Source of the DNA: the human T2T-CHM13v2.0 reference genome, Homo sapiens
Length of the DNA stretch: 64,000 nucleotides
Direction: 5' to 3' (one strand)
Assembly (NCBI RefSeq): GCF_009914755.1
Contig: NC_060925.1
The notes under the pieces were generated by a model. That model saw nothing but the letters and a program-made list of their open reading frames with translations. It searched no databases and was not told the DNA's origin. The position numbers were made by a program, and so were the translations under genes. Of the stretch, positions 1 through 14,325 are shown piece after piece. Every line of letters begins with the position of its first letter. The first letter of the stretch is position 1.

Positions 1-506
1 AGCTATTAGATGAATAACCTTGTTAGTAGCTTTGTGACATTAACAAATACTGTTGTAATGAACCTGATAAAATAACATTGTCCCCTCCCACCAAAATTCT
101 TAAATATGTTCAAATATTTTTCTACATAAAATTTGTAATATATAATAAGGGAATTGGTATGATTGGCACTATTGCCTCACTTGAAAACTTCTTGTAAATA
201 AGACATAGAGTTTGAGGAAGAAATGAAATATTGGTTCACACAAATCCAAATTTGGGATAATGCTCATGATATTACTTAATTCAATGCCTTTTTTTTCCAT
301 TTTGTACAACAGTTTACTTTTCAGTTTCAATCAAAAAGATGTCTATTAGAAAAAAAATTGTAAGAATTAAGTACTAGTGTAATTAAGGATATATTAAATT
401 CAAATTTGAGATCTTTTTGATGTTACTTAATGCAGTGTCTTTTCCTCCATTTTGTTCAACTGCCTACTTTTTAGCTTTAATCAATGACTATTATAAGCAA
501 AAAAAA

Positions 507-902
507 AAATCACTAATCATCAGGGAAATGTAAATTAAAACCTTACTCCTGCAAGAATGGCCATAATTAAAAAGTCAAAAAACAATAGATGCTGTCGTGG
601 ATGTGGTGAAAAGGGAATACTGCTGGTGGGAATGTAAACTAGTATAACCACTATGGAAAACAGTATGGAAATTCCTTAAGGAACTAAAGGTAGAACTACC
701 ATTTGATCCAAAAATCCCACTACTGGGTATCTATCCAAAGGAAAATAATTCATTATATAAAAAAGACACATGAACATACATGTTTATAGCAGCACAACTC
801 ACAATTGCAAAGATATGGTACAAACCTAAGTACCCATCAACTAATTAGTGGATTAAAAAAATGTGAGAGAGATATATAGATATATATATATAGGTATATG
901 TT

Positions 903-936
<34 letters not shown>

Positions 937-1300
937 ATGGAATACCACTCAGCCACAAAAAGGAACAAAACAATGTCTTCTGCAGCAACTTGGATGTAGC
1001 CCAGAAGGCTATTATTCAAAGTGAAGTAACTCAGGAATGGAAAACTAAATATCATAAGTTCTCACATATAAGTGTGAGCTAAGCTGTGAGGATGCAAAGG
1101 CCTAAGAATGATATAATGTACTTTGAGGACTCAAGGGTGAAGGTTGGGAGGGTCACGAGGTATAGAAGACTACATACTGGGTACAGTGCACACTGCTTGG
1201 GTGACAGGTACACTCAAATCTCAGAAATCATCACTAAAGAACCTATCCATGTAACAAAATAGCACCTGTACCCCAACAACTATTGAAATAAAAATTAAAA
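507..1300 (+). mobile_element. L1 3' fragment (L1PB-like): ORF2 end, 3'UTR and A-rich tail
   Basis: L1 motifs 'aatcatcagggaaatgtaaattaaaacc', 'ccatttgatccaaaaatcccactactgggtatctatccaaagg' and 'cacctgtaccccaacaactattgaaataaaaa'. Confidence 0.85.
864..935. repeat. Compound (GA)n(TA)n(CA)n microsatellite inside L1
   Basis: Directly visible; the CA tract runs from about 906 to 935. Confidence 0.95.
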
Positions 1301-1306
1301 AACAAC

Positions 1307-1983
1307 AAAAAAAGTCAAAAAATAACAGATGCTGGTGATGTGGAGAAAAAGGAACGCTTATACATTGTTGGTGGGAGTGTAAATTAGTTCAACCATTGTG
1401 GAAGACAGTGTGGCAATTTCCCAAAGACCTAAAAACAGAAACAACATTTGACCCAGCAATCCCATTACTGGGTATATACCTAAAGCAATAAAAATTGTTC
1501 TATTATAAAGACACATATACGTATGTTCACTGCACCACTATTCACAATAGCAAACACATGGAATCAACCTAAATGCCCATAAATGGTAGACTGGATAAAG
1601 AAAATGTGGTACATTTACACCATGGAATACTATACAACCATAAAAAGAATGAGATCATGTCCTTTACAGGAACATGGATAAAGCTGGAGGATATTATCCT
1701 CAGCAAAAAAATGCAGGGATAGAAAACCAAATACTGCATTTTCTCCCTTATATGTGGAAGCTAAATTATGAAAACACATGGACACATAAAGGGGAACAAC
1801 ACACTGGGGCCTACTAGAGGGAGGAGAGTGGGAGGAGGGAGAGGATTAAGAAAAATAACTAATGGGCACTAGGCTTAACACCTGGGTGACTAAATCAATT
1901 GTACAACAAATTACCCTGAAACAAGATTACCTATGTATCAAACCTGTACATCTATCCCTGAACTTAAAGCAAAAATTTAAAAA
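1307..1983 (+). mobile_element. Second L1 3' fragment (older L1PA-like)
   Basis: 'catttgacccagcaatcccattactgggtatatacc', 'ggggaacaacacactggggcctactagagg' and 'ccctgaacttaaagcaaaaa'. Confidence 0.85.
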
Positions 1984-2479
1984 ATCCAAACTATTAAGAA
2001 CCCTGGCTTCTTAGTTAATGAAATGTGCTAACCTGCTATCTTAGGATGTCACACTTCTCTCTCAGTGTAACCTTCTTTGGCAAATTATTGTCTAGTCATT
2101 ATTTAGACTCTGATTCTATCCCCACATCCCCAATTTAGTGATTACATATTTATATATGTTATTATTTAATGGCCCTGTTTTCCACTAAATTATATGTACC
2201 CTGTGAACAGAAAACTTGTTTTATGGTTAGGTAGTTTTTCAAATTTTTCCATAGGACCTGAACTAGAACTGAGTCAGGTTTCAATAAATGTCTCTTTCAT
2301 ACACATGTCTGTCTTTTCCTTTCCTCAGAGAAACAGCAAACTATGGGGAAGGAACCTGTAAAAGACTTCTAAGTACAAATGACAAAGTCTCTCCCATTTC
2401 GGTAGAAATCTATTGTAAATTCCTTTATTTTTAATTCTCCACAGCCAATAATCACTTGCAAAACAACAAAAAAGGTTTA

Positions 2480-2895
2480 TTTTTCAATTATTTATGTAGT
2501 GTAACAAATCACTCCAAAATTTATTGGCTTAAAATAACCATCATTTTGTTACTCTGAAGATTCTGTGTGTTGACTCAGTTGAAGTAAGCAGTTCTCCAAC
2601 TGACAGTGGCTGAAGCATCAGTTAGTTCACTCCTCCAGTGAACTGCTGGAAGGTTAGGTTCAGCTGGAATGCTGAGATGAACCAGTCTTTCTTTCCATAC
2701 TGTCTCAGGACCTCTCTATGTTGACCTGTCCTCTCCATGTCATCTATCCATGTGTGTCTGAAATAGGGTAGCCAGACTTTCTACATGCTTAAGGGCTCCC
2801 AAAGCATAAAAGCAGAACCTGTCCAAACTTCCTAAGGCTTAGGTTCAACTGAAGCGTCTCCTCAGCCACATTCTACTGGTTACGACAAGTTCATT
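2480..2895 (-). mobile_element. MaLR LTR remnant (MLT1-like)
   Basis: 'tgtaacaaatcactccaaaatttattggcttaaaataac' resembles the reverse-complemented MLT1 3' end; boundaries approximate. Confidence 0.6.
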
Positions 2896-2964
2896 TTATT
2901 TTTCAAGCACCCTATAAACTAAGTACAGAAAAAGGAAATGAAATGTAAGTTGTTCTGAGATTGG

Positions 2965-3100
2965 TGATCTCAAGTAAATTATGTATGCTGTGCCTCAGTT
3001 TCCTTATCTGTAAAAAGAAGATAATAATAACAGCCCATAGAATTTTTATGAGGACGAAATAAGTCAACCTAAAGGGTTTAGAACAGTGTTTGGCACTTAA
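2965..3100 (+). mobile_element. MIR SINE, interrupted by THE1 and resuming at about 3462
   Basis: MIR core 'tgtgcctcagtttccttatctgtaaaaagaagataataata...cagtgtttggcac', resuming with 'gtaagcact'. Confidence 0.8.
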
Positions 3101-3461
3101 TGATATGGTTGGGCTGTGTCCCCACCCAAATCTCATCTTAATTGTAGCTCCCATAATTTCCACTTGCTGTGGGAGAGACCCAGTGGGAGATAATTGAATG
3201 ATGGTGGCAGTTTTCTCCATACCGTTCTTGTGGTAGTGAATAAGTCTCATGAGAGCTGATGGTTTTATAAGGGGAAACCCCTTTTTCTTTGTTCTCATTC
3301 TCTCTTGTCTGCTGCCATGTAAGATGTGACTTCCACCTTCTACCACGATTCTGAGGCCTCCCCAGCCACATGGAACTGTGAGTCCACTGAGCCTCTTTTT
3401 CTTTATAAATTACCCGGTGTTGAGTGTGTCTTTATCAGCAGCATGAAAACAGACTAATACA
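3101..3461 (+). mobile_element. THE1 (THE1B-like) solo LTR
   Basis: Starts TGATATGGTTGGGCTGTGTCCCCACCCAAATCTCATC, ends AGACTAATACA; 361 bp. Confidence 0.92.
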
Positions 3462-3540
3462 GTAAGCACTACAAAATTAATTGAATGCCTAGTTCCATTA
3501 ACAATTCAAGATAAAATATATGCTTCAAAAAGTGTATCAA

Positions 3541-5460
3541 GGGACCTGCAGTTTCCAGTATGGCATGTAAGGAGCTTGGAGTAGTCACTCCATCCTAACA
3601 ACACATTAGAAAGCTGAACAAACTAAAAATCAACAACTTTTCTTAGCTACACAAAGTAAGGTCATAGGGTAAACTGCTGACCACAAAATTGGAGCAACAG
3701 ACAGGCAGTACAGAAACTCATCAGGAACAGACACACAGATGTCAGGGATGTTGGAAATATCAGACTGGGAATTGAAAACAACTAGGATTAATATGCTAAT
3801 GGCTCTAATAGAAAAAGTAGGCAACATACAAGAACAAATGGATAATGTAGGTAGAGAGATAGATATTCTAAGAAAGAATAAAAAAGAAATGGTAGAGACC
3901 AAAAACATTATAACAGAAATGAAGAATACCTTTGAAGGGCTCATTAGTAGATGGGACATGACTGATAAAAGAATCTCTGACTTTGAGGATATGTCAACAA
4001 AAACATTCAAAACTAAAAACCAAAGAGAAAAAAAAAGACTGAAAAAAAACATAACATTCCAGAAGTGTGGGACTTCTAAATGTGTAACATACGTGTAATA
4101 AAAATGCCAAAAAAGGAAAAATAGAAAGGAATAAAAGCAGTATTTAAAACAATAATGAATGACAATTTACTCTAACATCGGACACTAAGCCACAGATTCA
4201 AGAAACAGAGAACATCATGTAGGATAAATGTAAGAAAATAAAAAAAAAACAACCTCACACCTAGATAATTAATATACAAACTTCAGAAAATCAAAGGTAA
4301 AAAAAAAATCTTGGAAAAAGCCAAAGAATTTTTAAAAAATCTTACTTATAAAGGATCACAGATAATAACGACATTTGATTTATCAGAAACCATGCAGGCA
4401 GAAGATAGTGGAGTGAAATATTTGAAGTGTTAAGAGAAAAAAAACTCACTGACCTAGAATTTATAAGGGGAAACCCCTTTCACTTGGTTCTCATTCTCTC
4501 TTGTCTGCCGCCATGTAAGATATGCCTTCCACCTTCTGTCATGATGCTGAGGCCTCCCCAGCCACATGGAACTGTGAGTCCACTAAACCTCTTTTTCTTT
4601 ATAAATTACCCAGTGTTGAGTGTGTCTTTATCAGCAGCATGAAAACAGACTAATACAGTAAGCTCTACAAAATTAATTGAATGCCTAGTTCCATTAACAA
4701 TTCGAGATAAAATATATGCTTCAAAAACTATATCAAGGACACTGTATGGTGCAAAATTATTCTTTAAAAGTGAAAAAGAAATAAATTCTGTTAGATAAAT
4801 ATTGAAGTAATTTGTTGTTGGTAGGCCTGCCTTGTAAGAAATGTTAAAAGAAGTTCTGAGAGAAGAGAAATGATATAGGTCAGATACTCATATCTATGTT
4901 AAGAAAGAGTGTTGGGAAAGGAACAAGTGAGGATAAAATAAAAATCTCTTATTTTTCTTATTCTTAGTTGAATAATTTGTCCAAAATAATAATAGCAACT
5001 AGTTTTATTTTAATTCATCCAACAACAACAGAATATACATTCTTTTCAAGCTCACATGGAGCATTCACTCACCAAGACAGACCACATTCTGGGCCATAAA
5101 ACATGCCTTATCAAATTCAAAAGAACAGAAGCCATGCAACATCTTCTCTCAGACCACAGTGGAATTAAACTAGATATCAATAACAGGCAAACAGCTGGAA
5201 AATTCCAAAATACTTGGGAGATTTATAAACACACTTCTAAGTAACACATAGGTCAATAAAAATTTAAAGATATTTTGAACTAATAAAAATAAAATGTAAA
5301 ATTTAGCAAAATTTGTGGGATATAGTACAAGCAGTGCTTAAAAGGAAATTCATAGCACTGAATACATATATTAGAAAAGAGCAAAGATCTAAAATGAATC
5401 ATATAAGCTGCCATTTCTAGAACTTGAAAAAGAGCAGCAAATTTAATCCAAAGTAAATAT
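3541..5460 (+). mobile_element. Old L1M fragment: 5' region, ORF1 remnant and endonuclease remnant
   Basis: ORF 3739-4098 is ORF1p coiled-coil-like. ORF 5056-5244 (TKTDHILGHK...SDHSGIKLDIN) matches the L1 endonuclease C-terminus. Interrupted by the 4460-4740 duplication. Confidence 0.8.
4460..4740 (+). repeat. Local duplicate of 3264-3545 (THE1 3' half plus flank)
   Basis: Near-identical to 3264-3545, including the non-LTR flank 'tacaaaattaattgaatgcctagttccattaacaattc'. Confidence 0.92.
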
Positions 5461-5785
5461 GAGAAAATTTTTCTCATATTTTTCAAGAAAATTGTAATTC
5501 TTAATTATATTCTCAAATATTCTGGGAGGAGGGGCATATTTTATCATCATCTCATTCCAGAAGAGTCCATAAAGATCTATAGTCTCTATAAAAAATAAAT
5601 ACTCTACTCAGATTATATGTAGGTTCTTCTACAATGTAAAGCATCTAACCATTAACCTGTAGTTCACATGTTTAGTGAAGAGTGGGGAGGTCTTTCCATA
5701 TACTCACTGTGGTTACTTTTACCATGCAATAATAAATCTCACTCCAAAATGTATCCTTTCCTTATCTGTTAGGACATTCAGAGTT

Positions 5786-5970
5786 AATTTTTTTCCAACT
5801 TTTATTTTAGAATCAGGGAGTACATGTGCAGGTTTGTTACAAAAGTATATTGCATAATGCTGCAATTTGGAGTATGAATGAATTTGTCACCCAAGAAGTA
5901 AGCATAGCACCCAACAGGTAGTTTCTTTTCAGCCCTTACCTGTCATCCTCTCTCCCAATTCTTGTATTCC
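5786..5970 (-). mobile_element. L1 3'-end fragment
   Basis: 'ccaacttttattttagaatcagggagtacatgtgcaggtttgttac'. Confidence 0.75.
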
Positions 5971-7634
5971 TCTCAAATACCAAATCTTATCCGAAATATG
6001 TGTCTAAAAACATATTTTTCAGTTCCTCTTTACTGATTTTTGTTTCATATGTATTCAATATTTTAAAATCTTCTCAACTGGTTTCTTTTTAGTTGATGTG
6101 ATATGAACACTAAAATAATTTAGTCTTATAAGCAGTCTTCCCCATACACTATATTAATTTACATTCATTTTCTCTATTAATATTCACCTCTGCCAACAAT
6201 ATGTATTTGCCAGTATATAAACAACCTTAATATTTTTAAAAATTACAAAACAGAACATAATAATACTGGTTATTGCTATTAAAAGGAAAGATTAACATGA
6301 GTAATAAATTACAGAAAAAACTAGTATTCTATATTCAGAATATAACGTATGTGTCAGTTATTTATATTATTCAGCTACATATTCTGTCGAACTTTCCAAT
6401 CATTATGGAAAAGTGGGGATTTTTCATATTTTGTTTTAACTACCACATGCAGCATTTCAATTTTGTTTCTCATTATTTATTTATGTTGTACATCTGAAAA
6501 CTGGAATAACTCAAATGACCAGGCCCCAGAGCATGTCCCCTGAATCATATCATTGCAGCTATGGGCCCATATGATTCTACTGCCTACCAAGGGAAGCTAA
6601 AAACCACTACAATTGATATATCCTCCTCTACCAAGTTGGAAGCCCTTTACCACTTGTTGCAAATTTAAAATATGCACATAGAGGAGGAATCTAGTCACTT
6701 TCATTCATTTTAGACTTTGATAATTTTATAACTATTTTGTGAAATGTATATACACATTTGTAAATTATCAAGTTCAAATAATAATATAATGTTCAAAGGC
6801 AAATTAAGTATAGCAACACGTTACAGAACGTATCAAGTCTCCAACCACAGTTTCAAAGAAATTCTGCAGTTAAAAATAAATCAGTACCATTATCAGCAAA
6901 CCTTTCCTTAGTTTGTATCAACTAAAGTACCAATTTAAAAATTATCCTACATTTTAATTGCACTATATAAACCATGTCTATAAAATAAAATGCACATCAG
7001 TTATATCTCATCTTCACACCCAACTTTGATGGCAAACACATTAAGTGTAACTATACAAGGTTATAACTCATGAATATTTAAATTAAATATTAAGAAGTAA
7101 AAACTATTTATTTTGTATATTTATTTCTTTTCCAAATGTGATACATAATAAATATTGGGAAAAAAGTTTTCAAAGAAAGTCTTTGCTGAGTGTACTAATT
7201 ACCTTTAGACTTAACACTTATTCACTGAAGCTTTCAGATACTTGGAAGACAGATCATCATTATTTTAAGTAATATATTAAAATATTAGATTTGATGGTCT
7301 ACATGAAAGTAATTTATTTTATAAGCATGAACTATAATATTAGATGGAAATCTGAATACTAGACTCCAGAATTATCACAACAGCTGTTATCTGCATATAA
7401 AATCAAATCATAAAAAAAGAATAAAAAGTCTTAGTTTTTAGAAAATCTAATTGTAAGGATTCTAATCAGTAACATTTTATACATATTGTGATTACAAACT
7501 ATTTTTAGTTTAGAATGTCTGCAACATATTAAGTGCATCTCTATTAACAAAATAAAGAAATTATATTTTTTAAATACTTTTTATTTGGATAACAGATTTG
7601 TTAAGTAACGACTGTTTTAATAAAGAATTGCCAT

Positions 7635-7791
7635 GGGCCGGTGCAGTGACTCATGCCTGCATAATCCCAGAACTTTGAGAGGCCAAGGCAAGAGAATGCT
7701 TGAGTCCAGGAGTGAGCTATGATCTGCCATTGCACTCCAGCATGGGTGAAAGGTTGTCTCTAAAAATAAAAATCCTGTCTCTAAAAATATA
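7635..7791 (+). mobile_element. Monomer-length or internally deleted old Alu with target-site duplication (TSD)
   Basis: Alu head 'gggccggtgcagtgactcatgcctg', then 'ccattgcactccagcatggg'. TSD AAAGAATTGCCAT at 7622-7634 and 7792-7804. Confidence 0.85.
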
Positions 7792-9929
7792 AAAGAATTG
7801 CCATAATTTTATATCACAGAAAAAATATATTTTAAAAGTTAAGAAGGGGAGAGTCTAGTAGAACAGTCAGACTAGTACATGTGTCCTGGAAAATGAACAC
7901 AGAATATAGTGCATTTATAACTTAATATAAATAACCTTGGTAGCACAAAACATTATATTTTCATGGCATATTCTATATGTTTTCAAATGACATGAAAAGT
8001 CATTCAGAACAAGGAATCAGAATTCATTTGTAATTATAACTTTTTTTCTTTAAATATATTGGCTTTTTAAATTTTAGAAGGTTATATACTTCCGTTCAGA
8101 AAAAAAGCTTTTGTGAGACCTCATTTTTCAATTTTTATTTTTATTCCAACTTGGAGACTGCAAAAGCATAAGCCTGAAAAAACTAAAAGGTGGTGAGCCA
8201 GAAGATGGATATTAAACAGCCAAAATTAATAAAAACATTCACAGAAAATAATCTGCACAGAAATCACAACCTCTTAATAAAGAAATTAGCACGACAAATA
8301 TTTCTTCTAGCCCAAAACATTCCTTGGTTAGCTTTCATAGAACAGATTTTGGATCTCCTAAAATTAAGCCATTAATACCTTTTTCTTAAGTGTCATAAAT
8401 ATTGTATTACATTAATTAAAATTTAATTCTTGACTCTACTAATTTATATTCTTCAACCACTTGCCCTCTCCCTATCCCTTTCCCCTCCCCGAAACCTCAT
8501 CCTGGTATTTGGACAAAGTAGATTATGATTACACTACTGGGGAACTCCATTTGGAAAAAAAATCTACAAAAATACTAAGGGAGGAAGTATAATAATAGTT
8601 CAGGGGTGGGAGAATGTTTCTCTGCACTACAGAAAGTTGAGGGGTGTGAGGGTTCCTCCAACAGGGCATAGTGAGAAAAAAAATATTTAAGAAATAAATT
8701 GAGAACAGGCTAGCTGAGTAAATAAATCGAAATAAAACAAACTGCAAAAAGACAATTTTTGCTTTCGTTGCATGTCAGGAAGGGTAACAGGAGGAAACAG
8801 TGGTTAAACAGAGCCATGAAGCACAAGGACTGGAAACAAGTACAGCCCTAGCTTGGCCTGACCACAGCATGCACTACGAGCTCCACAGTATATAATCCAG
8901 GACCCTATTCATTTGGCTTCAACTTCCTCATATAAAGAAGGGGGGAAAATTAAAACATTCTTCTCTATAATTTCCACACAACAGTCATAGTTATATGCCT
9001 GTAGTAATAAAAAAACAGTGTAACTGGCATTAACTGTAAATGGGTTGGAAGACATTTTAATGGGGGGATGAAAATGTTCTAAACCTGTACCTCAATAAAG
9101 TTGCTTTAAAAAATCTATCTCATTCTTCCTTATGGCAGCTCTTCAGATACTCTCTACTCTCCTCCTGGAAATAAAAAGCCCAAATGCCTCCACAGAATAT
9201 AATTTTTCAATTTATTATAGTCTAGTATGTTCAACATCTTTTTAAAAATGTGGAATCCAAAACTAAACAGATTATTTCCTGTGTGTTTGATTTGTGCAGA
9301 ATTAATGGGCTTACAGCTTGGCTGGATTGATATATTTTACTCTGGTAAAATGACATTCTGATAAATACCTGGAAAAACTCTGTGGCGAATTCTCTAGTAT
9401 AATAATACTCTGGTAGCTTAAGATGTTAAACAGTCATATCACACTGTTTTATTATAGTGAATATGAACTTAAATAAAATCCCTAAACTTTTTTTGCCTCC
9501 AACAATCAACTGCCACGGAAATTTACTCCTACTCATATATATAGTATTTTTTAATTTTTTTTTTACTAAAAATTAATATTAATGAAAATTTGAGAAAAGA
9601 AAGAAAACAGAAGCCATAGCTGATAATATGGTATATTTATTTCCAGCAAATTTTGATTGCATGATATAGTCATATTGAGAAAAAATAATATCCAATTTCT
9701 ATGGCCATCCTTCCCAGATCCAAGAAATACTCTAATATTCTGTATGATACCGTCCTAGATCCAATAAATACTCTATTTAATATTCTGTATGATAGAATCT
9801 AACACATCACTCTGTTTGTCTCCTCACAATTGTTACCACTGGATTTTTTATTTGGTTACTTCTTCCTTCTTTATTTCACCTTATTAGAATATACAGACCC
9901 CAAACATATAGGCTCTGCTGACCTTCACT

Positions 9930-10620
9930 CCCTTGGGACCTCACTTAGTTCCACAGTTAAAATTAATTCTATCTTCTTGCTGACAATTCCCAAAATTGTA
10001 TCTCTAGCCCAGACCTCTCTCCTGAATTCTAGACTCGTATGTATAATGCATACAGACACATACACACACAAACTTCCATTACATATTCACTGCATACACA
10101 TGTCTCTTTATTCCACATGTCCAAAATCAAATTCTGGACCCTATTACCCCAAAAACCTTCCTCAGTCGGAAACTTACCCATCTTAATTGATGGCCAATCC
10201 ATCCCAAGGCAGTCATTTTGACTCCTCTTTTTCTCTTACAGTCCACACCCATTAATTCCATCAGCACATTTTATTGTTTTTGTCTTAAAAATATATCCAG
10301 AATCTGACCAACTTCTCACCATTCCCACTGCTACCATCCTGGTCAAGCCTTCACCAGCTCTCACCTGCAATATTGCAGTAACCTCCAAAGAAGTCTCCCT
10401 GCTTCTATCATTGCCTCATCCCCCATTATAATCTATTCTCCTATCTCCCAGTGATCTCTTTAAACATAAGCCAAGTCACTTCAAAACCCTGCAATGGCTT
10501 TGTTTCCCTCAAGAGTAAAAACCAAAATTCTTCCTATGGCCCTTTGTTCTCTCTCTGACCTTCTCTCGCTACTTTCTCCTTTGGTTACTTTCACTCAAGT
10601 CTCTGTATTTTCTAAATGTT
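9930..10620 (+). mobile_element. L2 LINE remnant
   Basis: 'atctctagcccagacctctctcctgaattctagactc', 'ccactgctaccatcctggtcaagcc' and 'ttcaaaaccctgcaatggctt'. Confidence 0.8.
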
Positions 10621-10859
10621 CTTCAATAAGATACTGTTTTTTTAATTAATGAAGTTTTAAATGTAAAACTATGAAAGAGTAATCTAATCTGCCATTTTAT
10701 CCAAATGTTTCCACTATTAGAACACGATTGTATAACAAGTCTGAGAAGAAAAACTAAGTAAATTTATGACAAGAGTTTATGGTGCCCTGAATGTCTACGT
10801 ACCTAATGAAGACGTTGATACAGAGAAATCGTCTCAAAAAATCAAACGGTATGGTGAAA

Positions 10860-10990
10860 TACCACAAGTTCTGGGTTTGGGATTGAAATATATTTCTTAA
10901 ATCTTTTATTACTTACTAATTGTGATACCTTGACTAACTCACTATTCTCTGATTCAGTTTTCTTCTGTGTAAAGATGAAGTGGTCTGTAA
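10860..10990 (+). mobile_element. MIR remnant
   Basis: 'acttactaattgtgataccttgactaactcactattctctgattcagttttcttctgtgtaaagatg'. Confidence 0.6.
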
Positions 10991-11547
10991 AACCAAGAAA
11001 CCTCGTGTTCTATAACAGGAACACCTTTATATAGCTACCCAAAAAAACACCTAAAAAGGCTGACTTATTCCTAAGAGTGTTATTGAACATTCTAGATTAA
11101 TCTGCATATACAAAAGAATGCCAGAGAAGAAACCAAAATACCAAAAATATTTGGAGCCTGGTTGCGGACTGAATTTTATACAACTTTCAAAGACACTATT
11201 TGAGAGGCTGTCGTGTGTAGCCTACTAAGAAAAAACAGAGGGGTGGGGTGGCTCACTCTCTAGGAACCACAAACTTAAGGTTCCTAGAAAGAGCAGAGAT
11301 TTTAAATATTCAGACTGTGTATGTATCATGACCCAGGGTTGGGGGCAGATGGCCCGGGGTGGCGGGGGAAAGGAGAGATGGCGGAGATCTTCTATCAGGC
11401 TATCCTGGGGAACTGCTCCAGGCTGAAACAAACCACCAGTTAGGACGAACCGCCTTTGATGTGAAAGCTGGGAAGCTAGAATGTAGTTTCGCCTTATCCT
11501 TAGCGGGTCGGTTCTAACAATTTTGTCACCCAAACTGAACCACTCAC

Positions 11548-12050
<503 letters not shown>

Positions 12051-13176
12051 ATAATCCTTTTGAGTTTTTTATTCTTTTCACTGTCCCTGCTTGACATGCT
12101 TGTTGCTTACTTTATTCTTAGTAGTATAGATATTAAAAATGAGGGCGGAGGAAGAAGAAGAAAATCTTACTAGTGAAGTTATGCATTGATTAGCTCATTA
12201 ATAAAAGTTGCTTTAAATAAATCTAAAAGATACGAAGCACAGTATTTTGAACTTTATGAGTAGATGCCAGCCCCCTATCTACTTCACGCTTTACATTACG
12301 TTCATCTACTTCTGTAATGTAACCGTTTGTTGAGGGAGTAACAGAACATGGAGGAATTATGGATTAAAAATTGAAGAAATTTGTTATCAAAAAATTGGCT
12401 ATGACACTTAATCCCTGTACACCTGTCTAATAAAAGTGATTATATTTGTGTTGCAGTGACTGCTTAAAAAATACTGGGACTAATTCTTGGATAACAGTAA
12501 AACTTTCAGGACTATTAGATTCTAGCTGACAAGTTCTGTTTGTTAACTAATTAAAATGCTAAATCATTTTGTTTATCAATAAAGAGATTCCAACTGTCTA
12601 CTAAAAGTGCACACTGTCTTTTAAAGATGTCATCAGAGAGTTGGGACCTTCTGTTATCCAGAATTTTATGTTATATTCTAACAGCCTATGTAAGTTTGCA
12701 TGGTTCATCTTAAAGTAATAGAAAATAAAGTACCCACATTTATAAACAGCAACATTGAGGGAAGGGATCTTTGGGTTGTGTCTTTCTTAGTCACCTAACA
12801 CCAAGTGTCCCTGATACATAAGAATTGATTTGCAAAGCTGGAGATTTGTTTATGTTTATCTCCTCTTCTTATTGAAGAATTGAGGCAATAGTCTTTGGCA
12901 AGTTAAAAGTCGCTCTCTTAATCAAGAAACATTATGTCATTCAGAATTTATAATTAAATTGGATTGCAAACCATAAAAGGAGGGAGTGATCTAAAAGAAA
13001 AAAAAGGAACTTGTGAACAGTCTTCATTATAACTATTTTGAATCGTATTAATGCACCACTAATTATTCCCTAACTTTCAAAAGCCAAAGATACATTTTGG
13101 AAGATGATAATGGATATTACCTTCTTTATCATCTTTCTCAATAGGCAAACCTGTGGCAACTAGAAAATTCTGATAA

Positions 13177-13407
<231 letters not shown>

Positions 13408-13989
13408 TAGGTCCTAAGCAGAATAATCATTGAAGAAAAGGTTTCTGTGACTTACAGTGTATAAGCTGCATATCTCTACCCACAGCTTTACAAACTTTAA
13501 AATTTGAACATAAATTGACTTTTTTTAGAAAGATAAAAGGAATAGCAACTGTTCTTACCCATTATGACTTACCTTGAAAAACTTCCAGAATGTTACTTAA
13601 AAGATAATTTTATTAGTTTTAATGAAATTCACACTATTCAGATAGGAATACTCCTTTGGACCTTATCAGTAGAACCCTTGAGGTCCTCTCCACTCCAGAG
13701 TTCCTCCAGCAATTTACATGAAGAAAGCAATTAGTGGGAAAAAATACTCTTGACCTCTTAGGGACATAATGCAGAATGCAAAAGAACACTGTCACATGGC
13801 TTAAATATAATACATATATTTGAAAACCCTAGTTTAGGTCAACTTTGCCCTTTGACCGTCCATTGCAAATAGAAATAAATGCTGTTTTTCTGAATGCTCT
13901 TTTCTATGTGATACTTAAAGTTGAAGCCCCCTGATACCAGAGATAAGATATCTGTATATGACATTAATATGACATTAGCATTATTCTAA

Positions 13990-14325
<336 letters not shown>

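Noticed and set aside
837-5486. ORFs at 837, 2912, 3138, 3630, 3739, 4427, 5056 and 5280 as genes
   Set aside because: They lie in L1, THE1 or microsatellite sequence and are decayed repeat frames or their antisense.
11336-11368. Possible G-quadruplex (GGG-TT-GGGGG...GGGG...GGGGG)
   Set aside because: One loop is 10 nt and such motifs are common at CpG-island edges; no further support.
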